Below the pieces are notes generated by a model that was not told where the DNA came from, ran no database searches, and was given only the letters and a program-made list of their open reading frames with translations. A stretch of 64,000 bases of DNA from Longimicrobiales bacterium (GTDB lineage: Bacteria > Gemmatimonadota > Gemmatimonadetes > Longimicrobiales > Gaopeijiaceae): NCBI GenBank assembly GCA_963664435.2, contig CAXXKM010000003.1, forward strand, positions 1,248,001-1,312,000, read 5' to 3'. Each line of letters begins with the position of its first letter. Position 1 is the stretch's first letter. Positions 37,529-48,398 of this stretch are shown here, in pieces. The translations under genes and the position numbers were made by a program.

Positions 37529-38023
37529 ATGGCAGGCAAACCAACAAGCGGGACGATGCCAACGCCACACTACGACGGCGGTGACTCCTTCAGCCTCAAG
37601 GAACTCGCGGGACGCATGGTCCGCGAAACAAACCCCGTGTACGGGGACGGCTCCGGCCTGGAAGCGGTTCGCAAGGCGGTTGCCGACGGGCTTCCGGCTG
37701 AAGCGGTCAAGCAGCTCCAGGTCGAGCTCAAGCGTTTTGGCGTTCGACGCGCCTCGGACTATGTGAACGGTATCGTTCCCCGAGCCACCCTGCAGCGTAG
37801 GGAACATCTCAGGGAGGACGAAGGCGAGACGGTCCTGCGAGTGGCGTCGATCATCGCGCTGGCTGCCGATGTGTGGGGGAACGACGAGTGGGCTGCGGAA
37901 TGGCTCACCTGTCAGCACCCCATGCTGGGCGGTGCGCGCCCGATCGACCGGGCCTTGTCCGCTGTGGGTGCGCGACAGGTCGAGCACATTCTGTACTCTC
38001 TCGATCTCGGCCTGCCGGCCTGA
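37529..38023 (+). CDS. Xre/MbcA/ParS-type antitoxin
   Basis: VPRATLQRR...AADVWGNDEWAAEWLTCQHPMLGGARPID...GARQVEHIL; directly upstream of the RES gene. Confidence 0.85.
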   Translation: MAGKPTSGTMPTPHYDGGDSFSLKELAGRMVRETNPVYGDGSGLEAVRKAVADGLPAEAVKQLQVELKRFGVRRASDYVNGIVPRATLQRREHLREDEGETVLRVASIIALAADVWGNDEWAAEWLTCQHPMLGGARPIDRALSAVGARQVEHILYSLDLGLPA

Positions 38024-38026
38024 CGA

Positions 38027-38470
38027 TTGAACGTCTACAGAATCCATCGCCCGCGCTATCCGGCCCTCGATGGAATCGGTGCGGGCCTGGTCGGCGGACG
38101 TTGGAATCCGCGGGGCGTTCGCATGGTCTACGCATCACTGGCTTACGAGGGAGCAATGCTGGAGCAGTTGGCGCATACGACGACGGGCAGACTCCCCGTC
38201 ACACGCATCGCGTCCCGCATCGTGATCCCGGAGGACTGCCCTGTTCCTGTGGTTGGCGAGGCGGAACGTCCGGACTGGCGCAACGCGGCCCGATCGCGCG
38301 AGATCGGCGCGCAGTGGGTGGAGTCGGGCCGGTCCGTTGCGCTGAGGGTTCCCTCCTTCGTCGCGCAGCCCTGGGGCTGGAACGTGATCCTCAACCCGCT
38401 GCATCCGGACTTCGAGCGCGTGAGCGTGGCAGAGGCTGTCGACGTAGTTTGGGATGCACGCTTCCTGTGA
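38027..38470 (+). CDS. RES-domain toxin (NAD+ phosphorylase type)
   Basis: VYRI, GAGLVGGRWN, MVYAS...AMLE, LRVPS and NVILNPLHPDF. Confidence 0.9.
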   Translation: MNVYRIHRPRYPALDGIGAGLVGGRWNPRGVRMVYASLAYEGAMLEQLAHTTTGRLPVTRIASRIVIPEDCPVPVVGEAERPDWRNAARSREIGAQWVESGRSVALRVPSFVAQPWGWNVILNPLHPDFERVSVAEAVDVVWDARFL

Positions 38471-38495
38471 TGCGAGCTTCTTCCGGAGGACTTCG

Positions 38496-39917
38496 ATGCG
38501 CGTGATCCATCCCCGGCCCGAGTCCGGGCACAGCCTGACGATGATCTTCGCCGCCGCCCTGTTGCTCGCAGTCCCGCTCCCCGCAAGCGCCCAGACCCGC
38601 TCGCCCATCGACGCAGACACCCGCTGGACTCTGGCGGGGGCGGGCGACGTGATCATGAACCGCCGCGTGATGCAGTTCGATCATCCCGGGGATCCCGCCT
38701 TCGAGGAGTTGGTCGACGTCATCCAGGGGGCGGACGCCGCCTTCATGAACCTGGAGCAGTCGGTCTTCCGCCTGCAGGAGTTCACCGGATGGCCGGCGGC
38801 CGAGAACGGGGGCAACTACGAGGTGGGCTCGCCGGAGACGCTGAAGGACCTCGTCGACATGGGCTTCGACCTCTTCAACCGGGCCAACAACCACACCACC
38901 GACTACGGGGTGGAGGGCATGCGCCTTACCGGCCAGCTCATGGACGAATGGGGGCTGGTGCATGCCGGCGCGGGAGAAAACCTGGGATGGGCCAGCCGCC
39001 CGGGGTACCTGGAGACGCCCAAGGGGCGCATCGCGCTGATCGGGATGGCGTCGAGTCACACGCCGATGTCGCGCGCCGGCCGGGCCGGTCCCACCGTGCA
39101 GGGGCGCCCGGGGCTGAACGCGCTCCGGCTGAACACCCGCCACGAGGGATCACCCGCGACCATGGAAGCCCTGCGCGAGGTGGCTGGGGCGCAGGGTCTC
39201 GAAGTAGGGGACGACGAGGGGGTGCCGGTGCGGGCCTTCGGGATCACCGTGTATCCCGGAGACGAAGACCGCACCATCGTCACGCTGAACGACGTCGACC
39301 GCGAGCGGGTGCTGCACGAGGTGCGCAACGCCACCGATCAGGGCGACTACGTGGTCGCCAACAGCCATTCACACGAGCCCGGCAACGCCTTCATGACGCC
39401 GCCGGACTGGATGGTCGAGTTCGCGCGCCAGGTCATCGACGCCGGGGCCGCCACCTTCATCATCCATGGTCCGCACCAGCTGCGCGGCGTGGAGATCCAC
39501 AACGGCCGGCCCATCTTCTATTCGCTGGGCGACTTCATCTTCCAGAACGAAACCATCGACCCGATGCCGTCCGACCAGCGCGACCGCTACGGCCTCCCGC
39601 TGGACCGGCTTGCCTCGGAGATCTACGACACCCGCTTCCGGGTCGACGAGAACGGTAACCCGACGACCGGCTTTCCGACCGATTCACGCTGGTACGAGAG
39701 CGTGGTGCCGGTGGTGACCTTCGAGGGAAGCGAAGCGGTGGAAATCGTCTTCCACCCGATCGAGCTGGGCTGGAAGGCGCCCCGGTCGCAGCGGGGCACG
39801 CCGCGCATCGCCCCGGAGGAGCTGGGGCGCAGGATCATCGAGCACCTGGCGGAGCTGTCGCGCCCCTTCGGGACGGAGATCGTCTACGAGAACGGGGTGG
39901 GGGTGTGGAGGCGGTAA
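38496..39917 (+). CDS. CapA (PGA_cap) family metallophosphoesterase-like protein
   Basis: AGDVIM, FMNLE, ANNHTTDYG, HAGAGENL, SHSHE, IHGPH and IFYSLGDF. Confidence 0.88.
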   Translation: MRVIHPRPESGHSLTMIFAAALLLAVPLPASAQTRSPIDADTRWTLAGAGDVIMNRRVMQFDHPGDPAFEELVDVIQGADAAFMNLEQSVFRLQEFTGWPAAENGGNYEVGSPETLKDLVDMGFDLFNRANNHTTDYGVEGMRLTGQLMDEWGLVHAGAGENLGWASRPGYLETPKGRIALIGMASSHTPMSRAGRAGPTVQGRPGLNALRLNTRHEGSPATMEALREVAGAQGLEVGDDEGVPVRAFGITVYPGDEDRTIVTLNDVDRERVLHEVRNATDQGDYVVANSHSHEPGNAFMTPPDWMVEFARQVIDAGAATFIIHGPHQLRGVEIHNGRPIFYSLGDFIFQNETIDPMPSDQRDRYGLPLDRLASEIYDTRFRVDENGNPTTGFPTDSRWYESVVPVVTFEGSEAVEIVFHPIELGWKAPRSQRGTPRIAPEELGRRIIEHLAELSRPFGTEIVYENGVGVWRR

Positions 39918-41163
39918 ACCGGCTCACCACGAGCGTCGGCACATCGAGTTCGTCGCGTTCGAGGTGGACCGCGAGACCATCGGGCCCGAAAGCGGCGGGC
40001 ATCCCCGGGTCGCCGGCAGGCAGCGTGCCGAGGTACTCGCGATCCGCGTTGAAGACATCGATCGGGCCTTCGTCGTCCCATGGATCCTCGCCGCGGCGCT
40101 GGATCCAAAGCCCGCCGTCCCAAGTGGCCTTCAACCCTCGCACCACGGGGATTTCGTGGTAGAACCCGCGCTCGCGAATCCTCCGCCGGCGCCCCTCCGG
40201 ATCCGACGCCATGAAAGGCAGACCTGTCGAGGGAGCGTTCTCGTACCGCTCCTCGAGGCGTTCGAGGTGGTAGGCGATCGTTGCCCGCCGGATGCGCTGG
40301 GAAAGCGCTTGCGGCGAGAGCGCCCGTCTCAGTACGTGAGTGACCGATCCATCGGGAGAGGCGAGCTTGATGGCGTACGCCGAGGAGTCGGAGTAGGCGA
40401 TGGCGCCGCCGGGCAGCACATCCCAATGAAATCCCGGCTCGAAGTAACGGTCTTCCATCGACGCGACCACCTTCCCCCAATCCTCTTCGTCGGCGGGTGA
40501 CAGCCGGGGTTCCGCGCGAGGAGCCCTCCATCCCTGCAGGATCGGCGTTGATACCACCACGTCGCCGGAGAAGTCCAGTGTCTCGAGTGCCCGGTCGTCG
40601 ACCCCCGGCGAAGCCTGGTTGTCCTGGTGCCCCATGAGCCGGTTCATGCGGTTCACCATCTCGACCAGCACGCCCCCGACGCCTTGAGCGATGATCCTCT
40701 CGCCCCGCTGATCGGCCCGAATCTCTTCGTGAGAGAGGGCGCTGGATAGAGGTTTGTCCTCGTCGTCCATCCTGACGAACCGCTCGAGGTAGCCTTCCGG
40801 ACTGAACACCTGGATCGCGGCATGGCGGAGGTCGGGCACGGCGATGCGGCCGTCGCGCCACACCGCGAGGGCCATTAATTGCCGGAACTCGCCGGGCCCC
40901 TCGCCCTTGCGGCCGACGGCACGCACAAGTCGGCCGTCGGGTCCGATGACGACGACCCGATTGTCCAGGACATCCAGCACCACCAGGTTGCCGGCACCGT
41001 CGAAGCTCATCCGCAAGCCAGGCCCGAAGAACGCCCATTCCTCCTGCGCGTCCACACCGCCAACACGGTATACCTCGGTCATGTCCAAGGTCATCGTATG
41101 GTCCTGCGCGACGGCCGGGGCGGCGAGAAGGGTCGCCAGGATCTGGCAGGCGATTCGTTTCAT
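39835..41163 (-). CDS. 6-bladed beta-propeller protein (3' end overlaps the CapA gene)
   Basis: EVYRVGG, GRKGEGPGEF, PAAFGPDGL and RDELDVPTLVV. Confidence 0.85.
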   Translation of the reverse strand: MKRIACQILATLLAAPAVAQDHTMTLDMTEVYRVGGVDAQEEWAFFGPGLRMSFDGAGNLVVLDVLDNRVVVIGPDGRLVRAVGRKGEGPGEFRQLMALAVWRDGRIAVPDLRHAAIQVFSPEGYLERFVRMDDEDKPLSSALSHEEIRADQRGERIIAQGVGGVLVEMVNRMNRLMGHQDNQASPGVDDRALETLDFSGDVVVSTPILQGWRAPRAEPRLSPADEEDWGKVVASMEDRYFEPGFHWDVLPGGAIAYSDSSAYAIKLASPDGSVTHVLRRALSPQALSQRIRRATIAYHLERLEERYENAPSTGLPFMASDPEGRRRRIRERGFYHEIPVVRGLKATWDGGLWIQRRGEDPWDDEGPIDVFNADREYLGTLPAGDPGMPAAFGPDGLAVHLERDELDVPTLVVSRFTASTPPPRSRRRSPSRRGATAPPGAR

Positions 41164-41222
41164 CGGGCCCTCATCGCAACGTTGGGTGCCTCGTGCCGGA
41201 CTTCAGGGCGTTTCTGGTTACT

Positions 41223-42466
41223 TCAGGGCGCTGCTGGTTCAAGCCTGCTCACCACGGCCCGCGGAACGTCCAGTTCGTCCTCGCGGCGCAGCAGTACGAC
41301 ATCCCCTCTCGCGTCCAGCAGCTCTTCGTCGGCCGCCAGCTTCACCTGGAACAGCGGCGCGAACCGCTCCATGTCCCACACCCGCCAGGTCACGCTGTCC
41401 TGGTCGGCGAAGTGGTAGTCGCGCACCCAGAGCCTCTCGTCGAAATCGACGAACAGCTGATCGATCGGCGGTGCCGGTTCGTTCACCGGCCAGTCGTCGT
41501 AATCGAGACGTAGGTTACGGGGGTCGGCGAAATGCTCTCGCAGTTGGGCCGGCACTCCGGCCGAGGGCCTGCTCAGCACCTCCGCTGCTCTCGACGGCCA
41601 ATCAGCCCTGTACTCGCGTACCGCATGCACTTGGTCTCTGGACGGCCGAATGGCCGGCGGCATGGGAATGCGGCCGACTTCGCCTCCATCCCATCCGAAC
41701 ACCTGGATCGCTTCCTGGTCGGTCTCGGCGATGGCGACGCGATCCGGGGAGGCCGCCATCAGAGTGGAATGCCCGAAGATCACGCTGCCATTCTGTCTCG
41801 CCTCGTAGTGATACTCGGAGCCCTTGGCCTGGGCGACGACTTCGACTTCGCCTGCGCTGTCCACTGCAAGGTACTCGATCGCGTCCCATGTACGTCCCCG
41901 GTAACTCCGGGGATCCTTGCCTTCCCTGTCACGGAAGACGATGCGACCATCCGGATGAACCGCCACCGGGAGCGCGTCCATGAGGCTGCCCTTGAACGGG
42001 ACCGTGTCATATCGCGTGTCGCCCACGTACTCGCCGCTGTTGTCGAGGAACACTACGCGAACCCGGTAGTTGTCCTGGAGCGCGATGCCCTGCGGGCTAC
42101 GCAGGGCACGGTGGATGCGGCGGAAACTCGTGCGGCCCGCCACCCTCCCGGCCGAACCCCGTGGTTTCCCCGGACGCCATGTTGACGAAGTAGACTTCGG
42201 TACGTTCGACCAGAACCATTCCGGAGTCGGGAAGGAAGAACCCCCCGACGATGACCGAGAATACGTGGGTGAGTTGTGGAAGCTCCGATGAGTCGAATGT
42301 CGAAGGTCCGGGGACGAGGGAGCGGTCCGCTTCCGGTCCCGAGAGCGGGGGCGACGGACTGCGAGCCGAAATCGATTCGCGTGCCGAGGGCGATCCACAC
42401 AATCACAACCGGGGTGATCCACGCTACCCAGAAACGCAGCCAACCGGGCTTTCTCGCAGCACTCAT
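41223..42466 (-). pseudogene. 6-bladed beta-propeller gene split over three frames
   Basis: Signal peptide in the frame of 42466, FGREGGGPHEF in the frame of 42402, and FRRIHR...DELDVPRAVV in the frame of 42443. Confidence 0.7.
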
Positions 42467-42554
42467 AAGGGCTTGCTCTCGTCAGAAATCAACCCATGGG
42501 CCAACTCCCCGCGCCGTCGGAGTCGCCACCGGCTGGACAGACCGGAGGCCTGCC

Positions 42555-43559
42555 CTACCGCACCCGCACGTACTTGCGCAGCATGCGCGGCCCCACCTCC
42601 GCGCCGTAGACGTTGCCGAAGGCGTCCGCCGCCACCCCTTCCGCCCCGGTGGTGCCCCGCACGTACACATGCCAGTCGGGGTCCGGGATGAAGGAGGTGA
42701 CCAGCCCGTCCACCACGCTGCCGACGCGGATCCCGCGCACCCAGCCGGCGTTGGGGATGCCGCCGCCGGTGGAGGACTCGGAGTCGGCCGAGTAGAGCAC
42801 GTCGTTGGCGTCGATGAAGAGCCCGCTGGGCCGCCCGAACTGGGTCCAGGTGTCCAGGTGGTTGCCGTCTTGATCGAAGATCTGCAGGCGGTTGTTCTTG
42901 CGGTCGCCGACGAAGAGCCGGCCACGGGAATCCATGGCCAGCGCGTGAGGGTCCCGGAATTCGCCGTTCTCGGCGCCCGTGCTGCCCCACTCCATGATGA
43001 AGTCGCCGCCGCTGGTGAACTTGACGATGCGGTTGTTGCCGCCCGTGCCGTGGCCGTCGGCCACGAAGATGTCGCCGTTTGGCGCCACGAGGACGTCGGA
43101 GGGCTGGTCGAAGGTGTCGGGTCCGTCGCCGGCGACTCCGGCCTGGCCGAGGCTCATCATAAGCTCGCCCTCGGGGGTGAACTTGTGCACCTGGTGGCCG
43201 CGCCGCTCGCCCCCGCGCGCGTCGGTGACCCAGAGGTTGCCGTCGGGATCGACATGGATGCCGTGCGGCCACTCGAACATCCCGGCGCCGAAGCTGCGCA
43301 GCAGGTTGCCGTCGACATCGAAGAGCAGGATGGGATCGAGGTCGTCGTGCCCCACGCAGGTGTTCTCGCCGCAGCGCTCCGCGACCCAGATGTTGCCGTC
43401 GGCGGCAGGATAGATGGCGCTGGTGGAGCCCCAGGTGCGGCCCTCGGGCAGCTGGCCCCACACATCCGGTACGGCGCGGTAGGGGTTGGGCGCGTGGTTC
43501 TGGGCGAGGACGGGGATCGCGAAGGTGAGGGACAGGGCGAGGAGGAGCGGCTTCTTCAT
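42555..43559 (-). CDS. NHL-repeat protein (peptidyl-alpha-hydroxyglycine lyase-like)
   Basis: PHGIHVDPDGNLWVTD, FDQPSDV, FVADGH..NNRIVKF and GEFRDPHAL...VGDRKNNRLQIF. Confidence 0.88.
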   Translation of the reverse strand: MKKPLLLALSLTFAIPVLAQNHAPNPYRAVPDVWGQLPEGRTWGSTSAIYPAADGNIWVAERCGENTCVGHDDLDPILLFDVDGNLLRSFGAGMFEWPHGIHVDPDGNLWVTDARGGERRGHQVHKFTPEGELMMSLGQAGVAGDGPDTFDQPSDVLVAPNGDIFVADGHGTGGNNRIVKFTSGGDFIMEWGSTGAENGEFRDPHALAMDSRGRLFVGDRKNNRLQIFDQDGNHLDTWTQFGRPSGLFIDANDVLYSADSESSTGGGIPNAGWVRGIRVGSVVDGLVTSFIPDPDWHVYVRGTTGAEGVAADAFGNVYGAEVGPRMLRKYVRVR

Positions 43560-43731
43560 CGTCTCATCTCCGATCGGGACATGCAGGAAAGGCTCAGGCG
43601 AGTCGGGGAAAGGGCAATGTGGTGGATGAGCGCGTGGCCCGAAAGCGGTCCCCACCGACGGTTGCCGCCGCCCGGTGACGCCGATGTGCCGCGTCTTCGT
43701 CCGCGCCACCCGGGTTGTGGGTGGATCTCGC

Positions 43732-45519
43732 TCAGGGAAACCCGCGAGGCGGCACCCGCCGGCGCGTGGCCTGCTCGAACGCGTACGCCAGCTCGATCAG
43801 TCGGGGCTCGCTGCAGTTGGCCCCGGTGAACCCGACGCCGAAGGGCGCGGGGCGGGCATCGAACCCTTCCGGGAAGGGCGTTGCCGGCTCGTTGGGCACG
43901 AAACCGAAGGGCACTACGACGATCGGAGTGCCGGAGCGGGCGGCAAGGCCGGCCCCCCGGCTGCCCGGCGTGAAGATCGCGTCCAGTTCGTGTTCCGCGA
44001 GCACTGCGTCGATGCCGCGGGTGCGGCTGAGCAGCTCGTCGCGCGCCATGTCGGCCTCGTTGCGGGCGCGGTCGGCCTCCACGTCCATCTCGTCCGAGAT
44101 GTCGAAGCGCGACTGGCCGTACCTGGCCGCGCCGGCGTTCGCGTGGTCGAGGTTCCACTGGCGGAGTTCGGTCAGCGTCGTCACGGGCGCATCCGGGCCC
44201 AGGCTCTCCAGCCACGCGTTGAAATCACGCTTGGCGCCGTACTTGAAGTTCACCGAGCAGTTCTGGTCGGAGCCCTTCGCCTGGTGGGCGCCCGCGCAGA
44301 AGCCCCAGGCGGCGAAGTTCGAGTCCGGGTCGGGGTGGGCGTAGCTGGGCACGTCGGCGGGATCCACGACCACCGCGCCACTGGCCTCCAGCACCGCGAT
44401 CGCCTCCGCCATGAGTGCTGCCTGCGCCTCGGTGAGCCCGCCCCGGGTTCCCTCGTCTCCGTCCAGCTGGACGGCATCGTAGTAGAAGGCGCGCGGGATG
44501 CCGATGCGGGCGCCCTCGAGGCCGTCGGGGTTCAGGAACTGCGTGTAGTCCCGCCCCGGAGGCGGCTCGCAGATGCCGGTGGCCGGGTCGTTGGGGTCGG
44601 GCGCCGGGCTCTCCATCCCGCCCAGCAGGATCGCCGCGTCGGCCACCGTGCGAGTCATGGGGCCGGCCATGTCGTGGTCGAGGGTGACCGGCGCGATGCC
44701 CCAGCGGCTGATGCGCCCCAGCGTCGGCCGGATCCCCACCAGCATGTTGGCGTTGGACGGGCTGATCACCGAGCCCCCGGTGTCGGTCCCGACGTTTCCG
44801 GCCCAGAAGCTCGCGGCGGTGCCGACCCCCGAGCTGGAGCCGCCGGTGCTGAGCGCGGGGCGCCCGTCGCTGGTGGCCGGTCGCGGGTCGCGGCGCGGGT
44901 CGTACGGGTTGTAGGCGAACCCGGTGAGGGCGTTGTAGTTGCCCGGCATCTGCCGGGGCGGGCCCGCCATCCAGTTGGCGAACTCGGTGAGACCGGCCTT
45001 GGCGATGACGATCGCGCCGGCTTCCCGGAGGTTGGTGGTCAGGGTGGCCTCGTACGGCGGCACGTACCCTTCGAACGCGAGGGCGCCCCCGGTGGTGGGG
45101 AGATGGGTGGTGTGGATGTTGTCCTTGAGCGCCACCGGAATCCCGTGCAGCGGCCCGCGCACCTCGCCCCGCGCCCGCTCGGCGTCCAGAGCCTCCGCCT
45201 CCGCCAGCGCGTTCGGGTTGATGGAGACGGCCGCGTTCAGCCGATCCTCATACAGCCCGATGCGGACCAGGTACTCCGCGACCAGCTGGCGCGAGCTGAG
45301 CTCCCCGCGCTCCATCGCCGCCTGCAACTCCGGGATGCCGGCTTCGACCACGGAGAAACCTGCCGCTTCCGGGCGCCGCGCGTCGCATCCCGCCGAGGCG
45401 AGCAGGAGGAGGACGGGGGCTGCACGGAGGAGCGAGCTGGCAACGGTGTCAAGGAGAGAGCGGGGGTTGCGGACGGGGGCCGGAATCATCCTCGGGACCA
45501 GGTGTCGGAGGCTCCGCAT
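43732..45519 (-). CDS. Amidase signature family enzyme
   Basis: GPLHGIPVALKDNI, GGSSSG, GTDTGGSVISPS and GPMTRTVAD. Confidence 0.92.
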   Translation of the reverse strand: MRSLRHLVPRMIPAPVRNPRSLLDTVASSLLRAAPVLLLLASAGCDARRPEAAGFSVVEAGIPELQAAMERGELSSRQLVAEYLVRIGLYEDRLNAAVSINPNALAEAEALDAERARGEVRGPLHGIPVALKDNIHTTHLPTTGGALAFEGYVPPYEATLTTNLREAGAIVIAKAGLTEFANWMAGPPRQMPGNYNALTGFAYNPYDPRRDPRPATSDGRPALSTGGSSSGVGTAASFWAGNVGTDTGGSVISPSNANMLVGIRPTLGRISRWGIAPVTLDHDMAGPMTRTVADAAILLGGMESPAPDPNDPATGICEPPPGRDYTQFLNPDGLEGARIGIPRAFYYDAVQLDGDEGTRGGLTEAQAALMAEAIAVLEASGAVVVDPADVPSYAHPDPDSNFAAWGFCAGAHQAKGSDQNCSVNFKYGAKRDFNAWLESLGPDAPVTTLTELRQWNLDHANAGAARYGQSRFDISDEMDVEADRARNEADMARDELLSRTRGIDAVLAEHELDAIFTPGSRGAGLAARSGTPIVVVPFGFVPNEPATPFPEGFDARPAPFGVGFTGANCSEPRLIELAYAFEQATRRRVPPRGFP

Positions 45520-45532
45520 TGCTTGCCGCCCT

Positions 45533-47458
45533 TCAAAATCCGAGCGACGCCGTCTCACGCCGCACGTCGCCCGCCGCGATCATCACCCCGGTCTCCGGGT
45601 CGCGCCAGGTCACCGTGGGCGCGCACGCGCGCCAGTTCCACAGGCCCCAGGACTGCACGTCGTGCCCCATTGCGCGCAGCGCTTCCGCCGTCTCGGCGGG
45701 GATGCGGTCCTCCATGCGGAGCAGCGCGGGACTGCCGTTCACCTCGCTCCCGCTGCCCGGGAAGTTGTAGCTGCCGAAGCGGGGCTGGTCGACGGCCTGT
45801 TCGGGCGACATCCCCCACACCACCACGTTCAGGAAGACCTGCAGGAGCGACTGCAGCTGCTGATCGCCGCCGGGGGTGGAGAGTCCCATGAACGGCTGCC
45901 CATCCTTCATCACCAGGAGGGGCGAGTTGGTGTTGCGCGGGCGCTTGCCGGGCGCCATGACGTTGGCCAGCTCCGGGTCCAGGTTGAACTGGCCCATGCG
46001 GTTGCCCAGCCCGAAGCCCCATCCCGGGATCATGGGCGTGAAGGTGTGGCCGTCGCTCTCGGTGAGCGAGAACAGGTTGCCTTCGCCGTCCATGACGTTG
46101 AGGGAGGAGGTGTCGATGGAGCGGGCCGAGGGTTCGTCGTCCGCGGCGGCGGCAGCCCCGGACGCGACGAAGCTCACCGGGGCGCCGTCCGCCACCGCCG
46201 CCATCGCTGCCGGATCTCCCCACGGCGGCATATCCTGGAACGCGCTCTTCGCGTCGATGAGCCCGATGCGCTCGCGCGCGTATTCCTTCCCGTACAGTCC
46301 CTCCGGCGCGGGCGCGAAATCCGGATCCCCCACGTACTTGTGGGTGTCCGCCATCGCCAGGTTGATGACCTGGGACAGGAGGTGGATGTACTCCGGCGTG
46401 TTGTAGCCGAGCGCGCGGAGGTCGTAGTTCTCGAGCATGTTGAGCATCAGCACGATGCGCGGCCCCTGGCTCCATCCGTCGCCCGTGTAGACGTCGTAGC
46501 CGTTGAAGCTCGTGCCCAGGGGCTCCTCCCAGCGGCTCTCGTACCCCGCCATGTCGTCGTAGCGCACGATCCCCCCGTGCTCGCGGAAGAAGCGGTCCAC
46601 GTCGCGCGCCGGATCGCCCTTGTAGAAGGCGTCGCGGGCAGCGCGGATGCCCTCCGAACGGCTTCCGCCCGCGGCCAGTGCCTGCTGCTCGGCCTCCATC
46701 ATGTAGCGGATGAGCCGCCCGAGATCGGCGTTCACCATGAGGTCGCCGAGTTCCTGTGCGCCGACCCCGTGCTGAAACCAGAAGTCGCGGTTGTAGGGGA
46801 AGTCGAGGATCCCCTCCATCTGATCCTCGATCATCCACTTCTGCATCTTGTAGAGATGGTAGCCCTCCTCCGCGATCCGGAGCGTGGGCTGCGCGGCCTC
46901 GCTGAAGCCGAGCGTTCCGAAGCGGTCGAGCGCGGCCAGCCAGACGTCCACGTCCGCGGGGATCAACGCGTTGTTGATGGGCGACTTGCCGTGCTCGACG
47001 AAGTAGTCGAGGGTGGCGAGCGCAGGGGACTTCCCGGCCCCGACCCGGGTGATCACGCGGTCCTCGGCTGCGCTGTAGAGGATGAGCGGCGCGACCCCGG
47101 TCCACCCCGCGTAGTCCATCTTGAGCGCCTTGAGCGCCATGCCGGCCGTCACCCCGGCGTCGAAGGCGTTGCCCCCGGCCTTGAGCACGTCGTATCCGGC
47201 CTGCGTGGCCAGGTAGTGCCCGGAGGAGATCACCCCGTGGGTGCCCATGACGCGCGGCCGCATGGCCTCGACGTTGTCGGCGTCGTGGACGTGGCCGTAG
47301 CTGTTGAAGGGAGCGATGGTGGCGAAGACGCTCCCTTCTGCTGCGGGCGTGGCTTCCTCCGCGGCGGAGGCAGCCTCTTCCGCCGCCCCCATCCCCGATC
47401 CGCGCCACGCGACGAGTGCCATGGCCGCGACGGCGACCAACCATGTCAAGTGCTTCAT
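45533..47458 (-). CDS. ggt: Gamma-glutamyltransferase family protein
   Basis: GGNAFDAG, FYKGD, KYVGDP, DTSSLNVMDGEGN (Thr nucleophile), PGKRPR and TPGGDQQ. Confidence 0.88.
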   Translation of the reverse strand: MKHLTWLVAVAAMALVAWRGSGMGAAEEAASAAEEATPAAEGSVFATIAPFNSYGHVHDADNVEAMRPRVMGTHGVISSGHYLATQAGYDVLKAGGNAFDAGVTAGMALKALKMDYAGWTGVAPLILYSAAEDRVITRVGAGKSPALATLDYFVEHGKSPINNALIPADVDVWLAALDRFGTLGFSEAAQPTLRIAEEGYHLYKMQKWMIEDQMEGILDFPYNRDFWFQHGVGAQELGDLMVNADLGRLIRYMMEAEQQALAAGGSRSEGIRAARDAFYKGDPARDVDRFFREHGGIVRYDDMAGYESRWEEPLGTSFNGYDVYTGDGWSQGPRIVLMLNMLENYDLRALGYNTPEYIHLLSQVINLAMADTHKYVGDPDFAPAPEGLYGKEYARERIGLIDAKSAFQDMPPWGDPAAMAAVADGAPVSFVASGAAAAADDEPSARSIDTSSLNVMDGEGNLFSLTESDGHTFTPMIPGWGFGLGNRMGQFNLDPELANVMAPGKRPRNTNSPLLVMKDGQPFMGLSTPGGDQQLQSLLQVFLNVVVWGMSPEQAVDQPRFGSYNFPGSGSEVNGSPALLRMEDRIPAETAEALRAMGHDVQSWGLWNWRACAPTVTWRDPETGVMIAAGDVRRETASLGF

Positions 47459-47631
47459 CGCGTCATCCTCCTGTTTCTGCCGGAGATGCAGACGCGGCCA
47501 ACTTCCGTTCGCCGCCTGCAATCCTGAAGCTACTTCCGGGGTGCGTCCGGGCAACCACGCGGCCGATACGCGTTATCTTCCCTCCTCAACCCGCGGTTCC
47601 CCGAAGGCCCTCGGCCGACAACGACGATCGC

Positions 47632-48306
47632 ATGCAGACCAGATCCGCCATACACCCCGCCGTCGCGGACGCCCGCGCCGTCCTTTTCGACTTCGATTTT
47701 ACGCTCGCGGACTCATCCGGGGCCGTCATGGTCTGCATGAATCACGCATTGTCCCGCCTGGGGCTTCCGCCTGCCCCGGAGAACGAGATCCGCCGGACCA
47801 TCGGCCTCGACCTCGTCACGGCGCTCGGGCGTCTCGCCGGCGAGGAGTGGAAGCCACGGGGGCAGGAGTTCCTCGGGCACTTCACGAGGAAGGCGGACGA
47901 GGTGATGGTCGCCGGCACCGTCTTTCTGCCCGGCGCGCGCCGGGTGCTCGAGAGGCTTCACGGCGCCGGATACCGCCTCGGTGTGGTGTCGACCAAGTAC
48001 CGGCGCCGGGTCGAGGAGGCCCTGGAGCGGGATGGATTGCGGGCATTGGTCGATGTGGTCGTCGGCAGTGACGACGTGCCCCGGCCCAAACCCGCCCCCG
48101 ACGGCCTGCTGAGAGCGGGCGGGGCATTGGGCATCGCGACCGGTGACTGCGTCTTCGTGGGTGATTCGGAGGTGGACGCGAAGGCCGCGCGGGACGCGGG
48201 CATGGGATTCGTCGCGGTTCTGACGGGGACGACGCCGGCGGAGGAGTTCGCCGTGTATGCGCCGCGGGCCGTATTCGAAGGGGTCGGGGAGATCGTTCCG
48301 GGGTAG
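47632..48306 (+). CDS. HAD-superfamily hydrolase (phosphoglycolate phosphatase-like)
   Basis: FDFDFTLADS, VVSTK, KPAPD and VGDSEVD. Confidence 0.88.
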   Translation: MQTRSAIHPAVADARAVLFDFDFTLADSSGAVMVCMNHALSRLGLPPAPENEIRRTIGLDLVTALGRLAGEEWKPRGQEFLGHFTRKADEVMVAGTVFLPGARRVLERLHGAGYRLGVVSTKYRRRVEEALERDGLRALVDVVVGSDDVPRPKPAPDGLLRAGGALGIATGDCVFVGDSEVDAKAARDAGMGFVAVLTGTTPAEEFAVYAPRAVFEGVGEIVPG

Positions 48307-48398
48307 CCGCCGGGCCAGCGGCCGGCGCTCTCTGGCGGTCGCGCGTCAGGCTCGGCTATCGTGTCCCCCAACGCCGACCCGCCGTCCCGGAGGACGCC

